Assembly: GCF_006345805.1 (NCBI RefSeq)
Contig: NC_043002.1
Coordinates: forward strand, 102,858,001-102,922,000
Origin: Octopus sinensis
Lineage: Eukaryota
DNA length: 64,000 bases
Direction: 5' to 3'
Shown here piece after piece: positions 22,647 through 37,015 of this stretch (the stretch's first letter is position 1; each line of letters begins with the position of its first letter). Position numbers and translations under genes: made by a program. The notes beneath the pieces were generated by a model, which had not been told where the DNA came from, ran no database searches, and saw only the letters and a list, made by a program, of their open reading frames with translations.

Positions 22647-24399
22647 GCTATTGACATTGGCAGATTCAATTCAGCTGTCGAGGTGTCGATGTCACAATGA
22701 TATCTATTTGGCAACTAATGATGGACCTATTTTTCTTTTGTTCTCATGGTTCTAATTTCGCCTCCGTGGGAAATCTAATTCTTGTACGGTGTATTCCATT
22801 TACGTATTTCCCGTGTCTCGGTTTATATAGGCCATGTCCCATGAATTAATTCATGATTGAAAGTGTTTCACTTTCTTTCATAGGTATTATAAATCTGGCA
22901 AGGACATTACTTCTTTTGGTGTTTCTAATTTACGACCGCTTTATGTCATGTTTAATTTTACCGTATGTTGAATGGGTGAGAGAATATCGTTTCTAATTTT
23001 GGATAGTTTGGGACTTGAAATTACCTCCAACTATTATTAGTTGAATATTTTAATTATATATTACAGTTATTCTTTTGGGCAGTATGTAAACTACCATACT
23101 ATGAATGATTGAACCTAATGTGTGTTACATCACCAATGGAGAATGCAGATTCAGGTTAAAAGAAATAACACATCATTTGGTGTGTAAGATGCATTTCTGT
23201 CTTGGTTGCGGTGTTAGCTTGATTTTATGTAACAATGGTTGTGTGCACACTTTGATATTTAAGGCATTTTTAACCAATTACTATTTTGCGAATAAAAGAT
23301 ATCCTATGGGTAAATAATGAACATTATCCAATGATCATCTACTGATTGGAATTTGGAGCATATTCGAAGAATGATATGCAGGGAACTTCACAGGAAACTT
23401 ATTTGCAATTGCAGTGGTTAATATTATTTGAGGAATGGGTAGCAAAGATTGAGTCTTTTTTCAATTCCTGCTACTGTTAGTGGGGTGGAATTCTAGCTTT
23501 TAGCGTAGTATATTTTGCATGTGAATGCATGTAATAATATCGCTGTGTTTACTTTTTATATAAAATTTCAGGAACGATTATAATCTAAGCGTTTGAAGGC
23601 TGCAGAAGATGTTTGATTGTTTAAAAGATTTATGTACCATTTAATAATATGGTGTATGATGCATATGTTTTGAGAATGAAATTGCATTGTATTTTCTTGT
23701 TGTATTCACCTGCTGCTTGTATTTAATCTTTAATTTTCTTTATTAACTCATGCATGGTTGTTGACGAGATTTGTTCATTGAGTGGCATATTGTGACAGAA
23801 CATGTCTTCAACATTTCCCATATTTATGTACTAGAAAAAATGGATTGTAACAAAATGTAGTGAAGATTCCCCTATCATACGCCATTCAACATGCTCCATT
23901 AAACTACATGCTCTTCCCTTAACGTTTACTTCCGTTTGTTTGTGCATATTTATGTCATTTAATGGTTTGTTTGAGAAGCCTGATGCAAATACATTTTAAT
24001 ATATATTTACACCTTTACTGAATATTCCCATGTCATCACAGATAACAGTGATTTGATTGCACAGTTTTGAGCATAAAAGCTGGTAAAAATAGGGTGTGTG
24101 CTGTGAAATATTGCTTACATTACCATAAATTAGGGTAACATTTGGAAATCCACAGGAGAACAAAAAATATATGGTTTCTTTAACTAAAATTCAGTGTTGC
24201 CAGTTATATGTTATTTGCACTACGAGGTTTTAATATGCATGGATGCCATCCATGGTAACTTGTACAAGGATTTAAAACACGATTCAGCGTCTAAGGAATT
24301 TATCACTAACCTTCGTTTACATAGAGATACATATGCATACACTTAAAAAAAAACCACATACATATATATGCCTACACGCATACACAAATACTGCAATAA

Positions 24400-24625
24400 T
24401 TGTTGGTTGTTGTTGGCATCCTTTCTGTCTCGGGAGACAATGGAGTTGTGCATAAAGTAGTCTAGTCCGGCTTTTATATTTCATGTCCTGATACATTTCT
24501 TGCTGTGGCTGTGTAGTCCTATCCTGGACAAACACTCCCTCTGGCAGGTACCGCAAATGTAGCGAAGACTGTTCCTGGCTGGTTGTAGTGCCATGGTCTC
24601 TTGTTGACGTCTCTTCCTTTCTTTC
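24400..24625 (-). mobile_element. RTE-clade LINE 3' end
   Basis: Minus strand reads YICGTCQRECLSRIGLHSHSKKCIRT* (terminal zinc finger, stop at 24481-24483). The 3' UTR ends ccattgtctcccgagacagaaaggatgcc followed by a (CAA)n-like tail. Confidence 0.8.
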
Positions 24626-25082
24626 CATTTCTCCTCTCTCTCTCTCTCTCTGTCACTCCTTTGTATTCCCTCTTTTACGGTACGTCGCCATTCTTCACGG
24701 TTGCCGGCAACTGCCTCCCAACTGCAATAATTACCTGTAGTTTTCTATTCCTGTAACGATCGAGTATGTTCCGCTAATCAAGCATCTATTTTATATACTA
24801 GCAATATGGCTTCAAATAAACGCAATGTTTGGGTAAAGCTTGAATCTAAAGGCTTTTAACATCACAAACCTCGCAGTGTACTAACTTCCTACTTTCTAGT
24901 ATGAGTTCAAACCATTCAGCTTTCAAATACTCTTCTTCTATATTTACTCTAACTCGCATTCGATCTCAGTTTCTCACTTCTTAGAAAAGTTTCTATTCAT
25001 AGAACATTTTATCACCTGGTTTCAGTCTTCCTCCCAACCTTTCTCTCTGCCACAAACACATACACACACACACACACACACA

Positions 25083-25117
<35 letters not shown>

Positions 25118-25850
25118 TAACATAGACACACACTCTCTCTCTCACACACACACTCGCATTTTTCTCACACACATACTCCCTCTCTCACACACACACTCTC
25201 TGTCTGTCTGTATGTCTCTCTCTCTCACACGTACTCACTCTGTCTCTCCGTAAAATACCTGTATTTTTTTACATTGCTTCCCATTAAGACCTCGAGCGAC
25301 TTTTATCGGCCCTTCTCATTTCTACCGCTCCACAATAGACACCACAACCATCGAACACTCTATATCATTATTATATCCTGTATCCATTGACTCTATTTCC
25401 GCTCAGGCCTTCTCTATTTCCTTTCCATCATTCCAACCATTCCCTTGTTCCTCTCCGCGCAATATCTGTCCTTGAAATTTCCCTAATTTCAACTTTATTT
25501 CTAAAATATTGCTATTGTTTTGTCACCGTAACTCTCCCTCTTTGGTTTTTAAACAAGGACTCATACACACGTGCGCGTGCATACACCGACACATATTATT
25601 TATTTAATGTCACAATAATAATATTAAATCGCTACTAATAGTTTCATGTGTTGAGCAAATTCAAACATATTCTTCAGTCCCAAACCGCATAACGAACTAT
25701 AAATAACTGAATAAAGGTTCCTTATATGTGATTTGCGCTTTAAGAATACGCTTCAGTTGTCTCAATGCATGAAATTGTTAGTAGCGCATTAATGCATGCA
25801 TTGTGACCTTAAATGGATAATAATCATCTCACACCGGATGGAGCATTTTT

Positions 25851-25869
25851 CTATCTATCTATCTATCTT

Positions 25870-25957
<88 letters not shown>

Positions 25958-26003
25958 GCTAGCTAGCTATCTATCTATCTATCTATCTATGTATCTATCT
26001 ATG

Positions 26004-26035
<32 letters not shown>

Positions 26036-26038
26036 CAT

Positions 26039-26096
<58 letters not shown>
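25851..26096. repeat. (TCTA)n microsatellite
   Basis: Direct reading. Confidence 0.97.
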
Positions 26097-26097
<1 letters not shown>

Positions 26098-28127
26098 AAT
26101 ATACATCTGTCTGTCTGTCTCTCTATATATATATGTATATATATATGTGTGTGTGTGTATATATATATGCATAGATAGATAGATAAATATATATGTATAA
26201 TTGTACGTGTGTTTGTGTGTAGGCGTGCATGTGTAACCATATTGAATGTGTACTCCCGGACGTGGACGTGGGGAGACTTTTTCGCTATGGAAATAATTGC
26301 AAGAGAAAATTCTCCTCACAGAAAACAATGGCATGTGTAAAAGACATTGCGTTATAAGTGACATAATGGGATCGTAAGATTCGTGCGTTTCTGTGGCAAT
26401 AAGCGTCGACATTTACGAATATGGAATTCGTCATTCCAAACCCATTTACAACATGAAAATAAAAAGCAGTGCATTTACGGGTTTGCGTACAACTTGCTTA
26501 AGCCGGAATTTTAGCTGACTTCGTGTAGTGACAAAACTGCCGTGAGGGGAGTGAAGAATATAAAGCGATATCACATACGTCACCATCATGCAACGGATTA
26601 TTTGTGTTAAATACAACTTATTTCTGAAGCAAGAATACACATTAGAAAGCTTCAGACAGTATGGCCTGATTATAGAACGGCATTCAAATTAATTTACCAC
26701 CCATAGGCACTGAATACAACCGCAGAAAGTATCTGCTGTTTTAGTTTCTCTCTTCTAAATGTACGCGGAAGCATAATCCATAGTCGTCACATATTTAAAT
26801 GAAAGTTTATCGATTGTTTCTGATCCTATAAATATTTGAGATGGAATATTCCAGTGTGACAGTCTGCGATTCCTTCTGTTTGGGTACAAATGATACCGTG
26901 GTTCTTTGTATTTACAATGTTTATCTGTACTAAAATCCCTTGGTTGTGTCCAAGAATCTGCGAGAGCAACAGACGATACTGTTACCTATAAAAATTAGTG
27001 CAGATGATTAAAAGTTCTATGCCCGAAATATTTGCAATACTGGAAATAGCACCTCTTAATGTATTCACGACAAAAGAAGATTAGATTTTACAGGAAACTT
27101 CACACTTTTTATACATGGAAGAACTTTCAAAATAAAGTGTTTCTAAGCATCATTTTTATTCAGGTGAGAAAACCGTCTTCTTCCGTGTACCATTCAGAAA
27201 GTATCCTGGTTTACCATGAGACATTAAGACTTTAAACAGCATTCTACAGCATTCTAAAGCTATTCCATGTCTGAGATTAGTTAAGTTTCCGTAGTTCCCG
27301 CTGTAGTGGAATAATGACTCCCATTTTTACCAGACATTAATATGGTGGAATTGCATGATATTTGAAAAATAAAATAATCTAACCGCATCATTGACATTGT
27401 TGGTGGGTCGGGAGCGCCACCTGTAACTTTAAAATCATAGGCAACATTAGTGGGAATAGCCGACAGAGGTTTTCGTAATTTCTTTTATTTCTTTTATGCA
27501 AGTAAAATGCATTTATGTACGGACTTCTCACTGTTTTAGTCGTCTTCAAAATTCAGAAATGTATCTGAACTTGATTGTTCGATTAATGAAACTCATACCT
27601 TTCAGAGACAATTTATTTGCATATATTTGTAAACATGTCGTGCGCCAACAGCCGTCTACTCAGAATTAGAAACAACTGTTCGCTTTTTTTCAAGATTCAC
27701 TTAATATAAAACTAAACTAAACGTGTCCATAAATGTAAGTTTGAAAGAGAGAAAGCGTGAATGGGAAAGATGAGAATGAAAAAGCGGAAGAGAGAAGATG
27801 ATTCAGTAGGAAAAAGGAGATGGAGAAAGCGATAAAAAGGAAGAGAAAATAGGAAAGATAGAATGGAATTTCCTCTTTCTTTACCGAATACTCAGTGTTC
27901 TGCACTACGTTTCATGACTTAAGCACTGAATCCTCCCTTTTTTACAACATCATGATACACGAGCACAACCGTAACAGTCTGTAATACTGGGAAAGTCAGC
28001 AAAGGATCTTGCACTCTATCACAGGATCAACAGGCCACGCATACTCTATGCACACATACACTGTACACGCACACACGATGCACGAATGCACATATACACG
28101 TCTATACACACACACACACACACACAC

Positions 28128-28177
<50 letters not shown>

Positions 28178-29570
28178 TTTCTGTAGTAGTTGCAGATACA
28201 ATGGGAACCCAACGCCAAGCCCAGTCAATGCCCCTTTTTCGCATTAGCTTTGTCTGACTTACAACATTCTATTTTAATGTAATCCTGTACAAATCTCATT
28301 CATTCCCTCTGCATGATTTCACTGCTACCGAAGTCACGTTTATCTCTCAAAGTATATCCGTGGAAAATCTCCATGATTCGACGCTTAGTGCCTTTAGTTC
28401 TCATTTCTTAAACACATATCAGCGCAAAAATACCAGAAAGTCTTCCTCATACAATTATTCAGTTCTTTTGCATCTTTTGTTTTCAGTAACATTGATAAAC
28501 TTTCTCAAATTTGTGATTTCCTTCATTTTCATATAAAATAAATAGAATCAATTACCATTTTAAAATGACTGCTGAACGCAACATAGTAATTTCAGCGAAA
28601 CCAATCGGTAAATCAACTCCTTTTGCTGCCATATCTTTCATAGTCACCAGAAGCATTCGGCAGCCCATTTTGTATTATTTATTTGTCATGATTGTTACCT
28701 ACAAGTAAAACATTTGCTGTCCCTCCTGCAATTCATTCATTCAAATATTTTTACATACACTGCAGTAAAGCCATGGCATGGGATTTCATTGTTTAGAATT
28801 TTTCTACTTCATTTTGTTTTTTCTCCGACCGTATGTTCTCTTACTGTTTCTCTTCTTTACATAATCCGGCCCCTGATTCGACTACAATAATCATATGAAG
28901 CAGAGGAGTGGAAAGGGTCGAAATTGTATCCCCTGCACAATTTTAATTCGGGCATGGGTTGAGCTTTTCGACGAAAATATCGAAGTAAAATCCTCGGTCA
29001 CTCTTTATTTCGACGATGTTGCGGTGAACGTTTCAAATGGAATCGATATATCTCTACTATTCGCTTTTCATTTACACACCACTTTTAAGTTTACTTGCCA
29101 TTTATGTTTATCTGCGGGGATTTTGTCTTGTGTATCCGGAAGGGTATCGCTCATAATTTTGCAGGCTCTTCAATTCTGATCAGTCTGGTGCCATAAATAT
29201 TCCCTTCCAACAGTTAGTTGTCAGCACCTGCAGTTAAAAGACATGAATGGTAAAGTTTCAACAACGAGCTGATTTTCTGGGAAGAAAGCTTTTATTCTTT
29301 AAAATATAATCTTTATAACGTATGAGTAAAATAGGTTCTCCTCTTTGCTTATTTTGATTTGAAAAGTGGTTAAAAGCCTGACTAACTACGTCAGAGATTT
29401 TACAGAAATACAAAACATCTACGTCAATGTATCTAATGCTCATTTTCTGTTTTTCCTATAAACTTACACACACAAACACACCGAAAAACACACGGACACA
29501 GAAGCACACACGTATGTGTATGATTCTATCAATGCGTGTTGGTATGTGTGTGTGTGTGTGTGTGTGTGTG

Positions 29571-31925
29571 TTTCAGTATATTTCGACTGAATATACAATA
29601 AAATCTTAATATCTCGGCAAGAATAAAATAAACTAAATCGCATTCTTCATACACCGAAAAATAAAGGAGCGAAAAAACATTTAGTTGATTCTTCATGTCG
29701 GCTATTGAAAGAAGTGAATAGAATAGAACGAAATAAAAAGCACATCAATCTCAACTGGTTTTTCAATGTTATCCTTTTCACATTCTATAGATGTTAGCAG
29801 CATGTTTCCTTTGATGAAACTACATATTGGAACAATGTTTCATTACAAGACATTATAACCATTAATAGAATGTTATTTTAGTTTTTCTGTTCGGTTTTAT
29901 TTTTATTGTGTTATTGTTTCTATTTTGTTTTGTTTTACACGTACTACAAAAGAGTGCAAATATGTACTAAAAAAGACTAAAAAGAAATCTAAAGCAACAA
30001 ACATCACTAAGCTAAAGAAATACGTGAATGTTATAGAAGCGTGATTTGCGAGTAAGTTGTAAATCTGAGAACACTTACGTGTGCACTTTCATAGTTGGTT
30101 CAATGGGAAAAGCATTGAACTAGTGGAGCATCATGGGATATCATTAACTATATAGCATGTTGTATAAAAACGTAGTGATCACTGCCAGGTATCATCTTAT
30201 ATCTCAGTACATGTAGTTCTTATTTTTTTCAAGGGAGTTAGATGTAAATGTTTAAACGTAATGACTGAATGCGTCTTATGAAGCTGCTACTGCTGTTTCT
30301 ATGCTAATTATATTATATAAGATGGTAATTGGTTCAATGTCTTACGTTGAAATGCCATATAAAATTTCAGAAGAAAATTTACAGTGACCCTTTAATAAAA
30401 CTATTTTGCTCTTTGTCAGAAATAATATTCAAATCATTTTTATTTTTCAGTTCTAAAATGAGCAGAGATTCTTTGGATAGTATAATTGTAGATTTATAAA
30501 ATATTTGTCAAATATGATTGGTGTGTGGTGCGGACGCGTAGATTGTAAAAGAAATGGAAATAAATAAGAGTTGGCTGTGGAAGAGGTGGCATTGAAGAGG
30601 CAGAGTTTGCAACCAAATAGTTGCGAGTTCAGTGTTGCAGTGCGTCATGTCTTCTAGAAGGGCTACTTGTCGATCAATGCCTTGTGAGGGAATTTAGAAG
30701 GCGAGAACGGAGAGAATCACGTTATGTGTTGTGTGTGTGTTTCAGTATATTGTCGATTTATGGTTTCGACTGAATATACAATAAAATCTTAATATCTCGG
30801 CAAGAATAAAATAAACTAAATCGCATTCTTCATACACCGAAAAATAAAGGAGCGAAAAAACATTTAGTTGATTCTTCATGTCGGCTATTGAAAGAAGTGA
30901 ATAGAATAGAACGAAATAAAAAGCACATCAATCTCAACTGGTTTTTCAATGTTATCCTTTTCACATTCTATAGATGTTAGCAGCATGTTTCCTTTGATAA
31001 AACTACATATTGGAACAATGTTTCATTACAAGACATTTATAACCATTAATAGAATGTTATTTTAGTTTTTCTGTTCGGTTTTATTTTTATTGTGTTATTG
31101 TTTCTATTTTGTTTTGTTTTACACGTACTACAAAAGAGTGCAAATATGTACTAAAAAAGACTAAAAAGAAATCTAAAGCAACAAACATCACTAAGCTAAA
31201 GAAATACGTGAATGTTATAGAAGCGTGATTTGCGAGTAAGTTGTAAATCTGAGAACACTTACGTGTGCACTTTCATAGTTTGGTTCAATGGGAAAAGCAT
31301 TGAACTAGTGGAGCATCATGGGATATCATTAACTATATAGCATGTTGTATAAAAACGTAGTGATCACTGCCAGGTATCATCTTATATCTCAGTACATGTA
31401 GTTCTTATTTTTTTCAAGGGAGTTAGATGTAAATGTTTAAACGTAATGACTGAATGCGTCTTATGAAGCTGCTACTGCTGTTTCTATGCTAATTATATTA
31501 TAATAAGATGGTAATTGGTTCAATGTCTTACGTTGAAATGCCATATAAAATTTCAGAAGAAAATTTACAGTGACCCTTTAATAAAACTATTTTGCTCTTT
31601 GTCAGAAATAATATTCAAATCATTTTTATTTTTCAGTTCTAAAATGAGCAGAGATTCTTTGGATAGTATAATTGTAGATTTATAAAATATTTGTCAAATA
31701 TGATTGGTGTGTGGTGCGGACGCGTAGATTGTAAAAGAAATGGAAATAAATAAGAGTTGGCTGTGGAAGAGGTGGCATTGAAGAGGCAGAGTTTGCAACC
31801 AAATAGTTGCGAGTTCAGTGTTGCAGTGCGTCATGTCTTCTAGAAGGGCTACGTGTCGATCAATGCCTTGTGAGGGAATTTAGAAGGCGAGAACGGAGAG
31901 AATCACGTTATGTGTTGTGTGTGTG
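29571..31925. repeat. Tandem duplication of a ~1.18-kb unit, near-identical copies
   Basis: Copy 1 is ~29571-30740 and copy 2 is ~30741-31925. The offset is 1169 at the start and 1184 after a short indel (acatcactaa at 30001 vs 31185). Both boundaries lie in (TG)n. Confidence 0.95.
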
Positions 31926-32180
31926 TGCGTGTGTGTGCATGGTTATGTGTGAGTGTATGTATATGTATTGAAGCGTGTGCGCCTTGGTATCTTTGTCTAT
32001 TACTCCAAACAGTTTGGAAACCGGTGCAGGTTTGTTTATGTCCGCGTGTGTTAGCGGATCGGCAAAATACGTACCAGACTTACACAATTTTGGTGCTGGT
32101 GTCGATTTGTTTGATGAAAACCATTGAAGTCAGTGCTACATCATGGCCGTACTCAAGAGACTTAAACATGTAACAGACAC
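31755..32180 (+). mobile_element. Diverged tRNA-derived SINE with central (TG)n; head duplicated at ~30575-30740
   Basis: A tRNA-like head (tggctgtgg...gcgagttcagtg) is followed by (TG)n and a 3' body. The body aligns by eye with the copies at 46780-46960 and 63363-63480. Confidence 0.55.
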
Positions 32181-32359
32181 TCACGTAACAGCAATACTGA
32201 AACAAACAAAAAACTTCGTCTATAAATATTGAAATTTTAACAAAATATTTTAAAATTATTTAATTCAGTGTAGGATCATATATTTAATTCGGGACACTTG
32301 CAGCACATTCGTCAAGCACAATGAATGAATTTTGCTTCGATTACGAGGTAGATGGCTTG

Positions 32360-33010
32360 GAATGTAAGTAGATAGAAATGAAGGAATGTTGTTAGACTAG
32401 AAGAGAAGCAAAACCAAATGTATGGATGGGCTAACGATACCGTCGGGGGTGGTTATGAAGTAGATAGAAGAGACGCACTATAAGTACTTGGGGATTTTGG
32501 AAATGGATAAATTGATGGAGAAAGAAATGACAGAAAAATTTAAGGTGGAGTACTTGCGCAGACTAAGACTGACACTTAAGTCGAAATTAAATGGACGAAA
32601 TAAGATCGAAGCTATCAACAACTGGGAATTTTGACTCCTTAGATATGGAGCAGGGGTAATATCATGGACAGTAGACGAACTAAACAGCTTAGACAGAAAG
32701 GCAAGGAAGTTGCTAACTAGATATGGGTCACAGGCAGACTGTATGTACCAAGAAAAATAGGGGGAAGAAAACTTATTGGATGCGAACACAGCATTAGAGC
32801 AGAAGAAAGCAACATAGCATGATATGGAGAAAATGCCACAGAATCGCTATTGTTAGAAATAAGAAGGACATGCTTGTGTAGGATGAAAGATTGCAAAGAT
32901 AAAGCACTATACAAGAAATTGAAAACGGATGAAACTGAAAATAGGTGGGTGAAGAAAAGAATGCATGGTCAATTTCAGAGGGATGTTGAAGGCAAAGCAG
33001 ACAGAGAAAA
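32360..33010 (+). mobile_element. R4/Dong-clade LINE RT C-terminal fragment
   Basis: Translation reads HYKYLGILE..., EYLRRLRLTLKSKLNGRNKIEAIN, LRYGAGVISWTVDELNSLDRKARKLLT, RLYVPRKIGGRKL and WVKKRMHGQF. Contains stops and frameshifts. Confidence 0.85.
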
Positions 33011-33187
33011 TAAACTTCAGTGCCTATCTCGACAGCATACCATGAAACTCGGATAATGATGGAGAGAGGTGGCGGAGTGTTCCGAAATGCCGATAACAGC
33101 CGCGAAACAGTGTCAGTCGTTGAATGGTAGTGTAGCGCTGACCACTGTAGTACATCTCCATCGTTAGAAACTTTGCAAAGGCAATGA

Positions 33188-33189
<2 letters not shown>

Positions 33190-33231
<42 letters not shown>

Positions 33232-33272
33232 TTACTACTACTACTACTACTATTACTACTACTACTACCACA

Positions 33273-33303
<31 letters not shown>

Positions 33304-33420
33304 ATAATAATAATAAAAATAAAATTAATAATAATAATAATAATAATAATGATGATGATGATGATGATTATGATAATGATAATAATATTAATATGATGAA
33401 GAAGAAGAAAGATGAGGAAG
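33190..33420. repeat. Compound (TAC)n-(AAT)n-(GAT)n-(GAA)n microsatellite
   Basis: Direct reading. Confidence 0.95.
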
Positions 33421-33829
33421 CGGGGGAGGATGTAGATTTATTAAACACAAACGGTTTTCAAGAATAAAATCATTATAGACAAATTGAATGTGGGGGTTAG
33501 ATAAAATTCGTGTAAAAATTAAAAAAAAAAACTATGGAAGAGCTGTGCTATTCAGTCGGGTCATTCTCCAGACAATTACGCACCTTTTTATCAAAGTTGC
33601 TGGGAGGTAGTACTTCGTCCTCTACTCTCAAAAAGTTGATGTGCCTTGGCCAAAGTGGAAAATGTCTGTCATCAGCCCCTTTCAATCTGTTTCGCTGCAT
33701 ACCCTGATGCATACCCGTGGCATTGACTGTGGCATTGGGATGTTACTGTTTGCTATTGTCATCATTGTCTCGTTAATGTGGTATCGTCAACATCATCATT
33801 TATTCGTTACCGCTCTCTTTGTTTCATTC

Positions 33830-34520
33830 CAGTCTCTTCTTCTTCTTTCGTTCTTCTTCTTCTTCTTCTACTTCCTTCTTCTCTTCTTCTTCTTCTTCTT
33901 TTCTTCTTCTTCTTCTTCTTCTTCTTTCTTCTTCTACTCCTTCTTCTTCTCTTCTTCTTCTTCTAATCCTTCTTCTTCTTTTCTTCTTCTTCTTTTCGCT
34001 TCTTTTCTTTTCTTCTTTTTCTTCTTCTTCTTCTTCTTCTTCTTCTTCTACTACTTCTTCTTTCTTCTTCTTTTATTCTACTCCTTCTTCTTCTTCTTCT
34101 TCTACTCATTCTTCTTCTTCTTCTTCTTCTTCTTCTTCTTCTTTCTTCCCCCTCCACCTTCTCTTTCCAATACTCCTCAGTATCTTCCTTCTTTTTCTTC
34201 TCTTGTTGGTAATACTCCTCTCCTCTGGTCTTCCTCCTCCTCCCATCCTCCCCCTCTACCCCTACTACTCTATTCTCCCCCTCTTCTTCCTCTTCTTCAT
34301 CCTCGTCTTCCTTCTCCTCCTCTTCTTCATCGTCTTCCTCCTCCACTTCCCACTCCCCATTCCTCATCATCCCCTTCTTTTTCTCCTTCTTCTTCTCCTC
34401 CCCTCCTCCTTTTCTCCTCTTCATCTCCCTCCTCTTTCCCATCTTCCTCATTTCTTCCTCCCCCTCCTCCTCCTCATCCTATCCTTCTTCTTCTTCTTCT
34501 TCTTCTTCTTCTTCTTCTTC
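33830..34520. repeat. ~700-bp polypyrimidine (TTC)n/(TCC)n low-complexity tract
   Basis: Direct reading; the plus strand is almost purely C/T. Confidence 0.95.
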
Positions 34521-35237
34521 TTTCCCCTACACCTCAACTTCTCCATCTTTCTATTCATTTACTTTTTTTCCCCCCCCTTTCACAATTACTTCTTTTGTTT
34601 CCCAAAATATTGATACGTTGCTTCTCCCATTGTTCAGCAAAGCAGCTTCCACCAGCAACGCCACCAACGCCACCATCACACCTCCCCTGCAAAAACTTCA
34701 CCTCCAACACCACCTTCACCCAACACCCCCCACCCATCACCACCAACCACTTGCTTATATCACGGTTCTTATTGCATCTTTTATTGCACAATATCCTACG
34801 CATTATATTTTTCTGTTATTCTTTCTTCCTTTTTTACCAATTATTCATGCTATCACGCGTTCAAGGTAAAGCAGAATTTAATAAATCTTGTATTTGGCGA
34901 ACCTTATTCTGCCATAAATTCCTAAGCTATTTACTGAAAAAAAAAAGAAAACAGCAACAAAACTTGCAAACTGCTGCACTTTCATTGCTATTAAACACAT
35001 TTGAGAGCATTATTATTATTCCAGAAGTACAATAATATGCAAGCGCATGCCAAAAATTGTGTAGAAAGGTATCATGAATAAAAACTGGCCTAACGATCAT
35101 GGGAAAGCTGGAGATATTTCGCAGTATTACTGTTAGTCTTACACTAGTATTTACATAGATGTGGTAACGGCTTCGGAGTGAAGAGTGATGTTAAGACGCA
35201 CAGCATATAAATATGAATGTAATTATTTTACAGCTCA

Positions 35238-35634
35238 CTAGCAGTATCGCCCGGCGTTGCTCGGGTTTGTAAGGGAAATAACTATATAAGCATTTTTAGA
35301 GATGTAAAGTATAATAGCCATCTCAATATGGCTAACCACAAAGGGGGTGGTGTTACTGTAGCTTTATACGTTCTGAGATTTAATAATAAATTTTTAGAGA
35401 GTTACTTCCCTTATATATGCCAAAAAATGCATTAAAAATGGGAAAAATTGATGGTAATTATTTTTTAAATCGTGGACTCATCGTAGACGCGCGCTAATAC
35501 GCAGAAGGGCACGATATGAATCACGACTATAAGATACCCGGTTTTGGTTAAACTGCACCGCAAAACGTGGGAGTAGTTAGGAATCTAAATCGTAGGAGAC
35601 AGACAGCACTCGACCTCACTTTTATATATAAAGA
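35238..35634 (-). mobile_element. Complete-looking 397-bp non-autonomous Helitron
   Basis: The minus strand starts A|TCTTTATATATAAAAGTG (35634) and ends CCCGAGCAACGCCGGG-CGATACTG-CTAG|T (35238). This gives a 5' TC, a subterminal hairpin, a 3' CTAG, an A|T target and no TSD. Confidence 0.85.
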
Positions 35635-36627
35635 TATATTGCAGAGACGTTAATGCTTATAATCACACGTACAGACACACAGAAACGTACGCTCATGTAT
35701 ACGTATTTGTGCTTGTATGTGTGTATATACTTGTGTGTGTGTGTGGATGGTGGTGGAATTATAAATATAATGAAGATAATGTGTTTCTAACCTGCACAAA
35801 AGTTAAAAATGAAAACTGTGAAGTTGGACAGAGCCACATACATGGATTATATATATGTCTGTGTATGTGTGTGTGTGTGTGTATGTATGTGTGTGTGATT
35901 GTGTGTATGTATGTATGTATGCATCTATATACGTATGTATATATGTATGTAATAATAAATTCCAGGGTAGCAAAACAAAAACTACTCCTTCTAGCGGGTT
36001 AGATGTCCTGTTATGGCCATCTAATATGTGTTTAAATGTACACTGTATTTTTATATGACTATGATATATAGTCTATTGACGGGTAGATCTGCGTGGCGGA
36101 AAGAACCAACATTCTTAAAAACAATAAGAAGCGTGGCGCATTATGAATTATTTTCTTAATGTATCCGCTTCAAATATTACTTACTAGAAACTTGAATCTC
36201 CCCGTTTGCTCATCATACTTCTCCGAGTCCAGAAAGCTTATTTTCCCCACTCTGATTAAGGGGAGATAATCCGTACTCGTTACGTTTTTTCGTATTCCTC
36301 GAATTCTATGATAGTAGTCACGTCTGTGACGTAGATAATTTAAGATTTTATTTTCATAAAGTGTCTGACGGCTGTCCGCAAGTCTTGGCTTTCTGTGTGC
36401 GAAACCTTGGGCAAATTTATATGAAATTTTGTTGTAATAATTACTGCTCTATTTTTTAGAGTAAGCGCCTTTCTGATATGTTTTTTTAACTGACTATATG
36501 CATCTATACATACATACATACATACATATATATAAATATATATAATATATGTATATATAATATAGATATATATATATATATATTATATATATATAACATA
36601 CATACATATGTATACATATATATATGC

Positions 36628-36677
<50 letters not shown>

Positions 36678-37015
36678 ATATATATGTATGCATGTAATAA
36701 ATATATATGTTATATATATATATATATACATAATATATATATATACATATGTATTATAGTATGTACGTATGTATTTATGTATGTATATATATATGTGTGT
36801 GTGTGTGTGAGAGAGAGAGAGTGTTTGTGTGTGTGTGTGTATGTATGTATGCATGGAAGTGTGTGTATATGTAAGTAGGAATCTATACGCTCACAATGTG
36901 TCCAACATGTGGAGTTTCGTGAAGTTGTTATCAAAATATGAAAATGATGTGTAATCCTTACCAAATATAATCAGTGCTACATTGTTGCGCCTTTTTGTAT
37001 GCATCCATCTACATT

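Noticed and set aside
26755-26985. Possible minus-strand exon (branch-like ctaat, tttttatag acceptor, 76 open codons)
   Set aside because: I recognise no protein similarity, convincing donor site or neighbouring exons.
33641-35035. 464-aa ORF and overlapping F/S/L/P-rich ORFs
   Set aside because: These are produced by the stop-free (TTC)n/(TCC)n tract.
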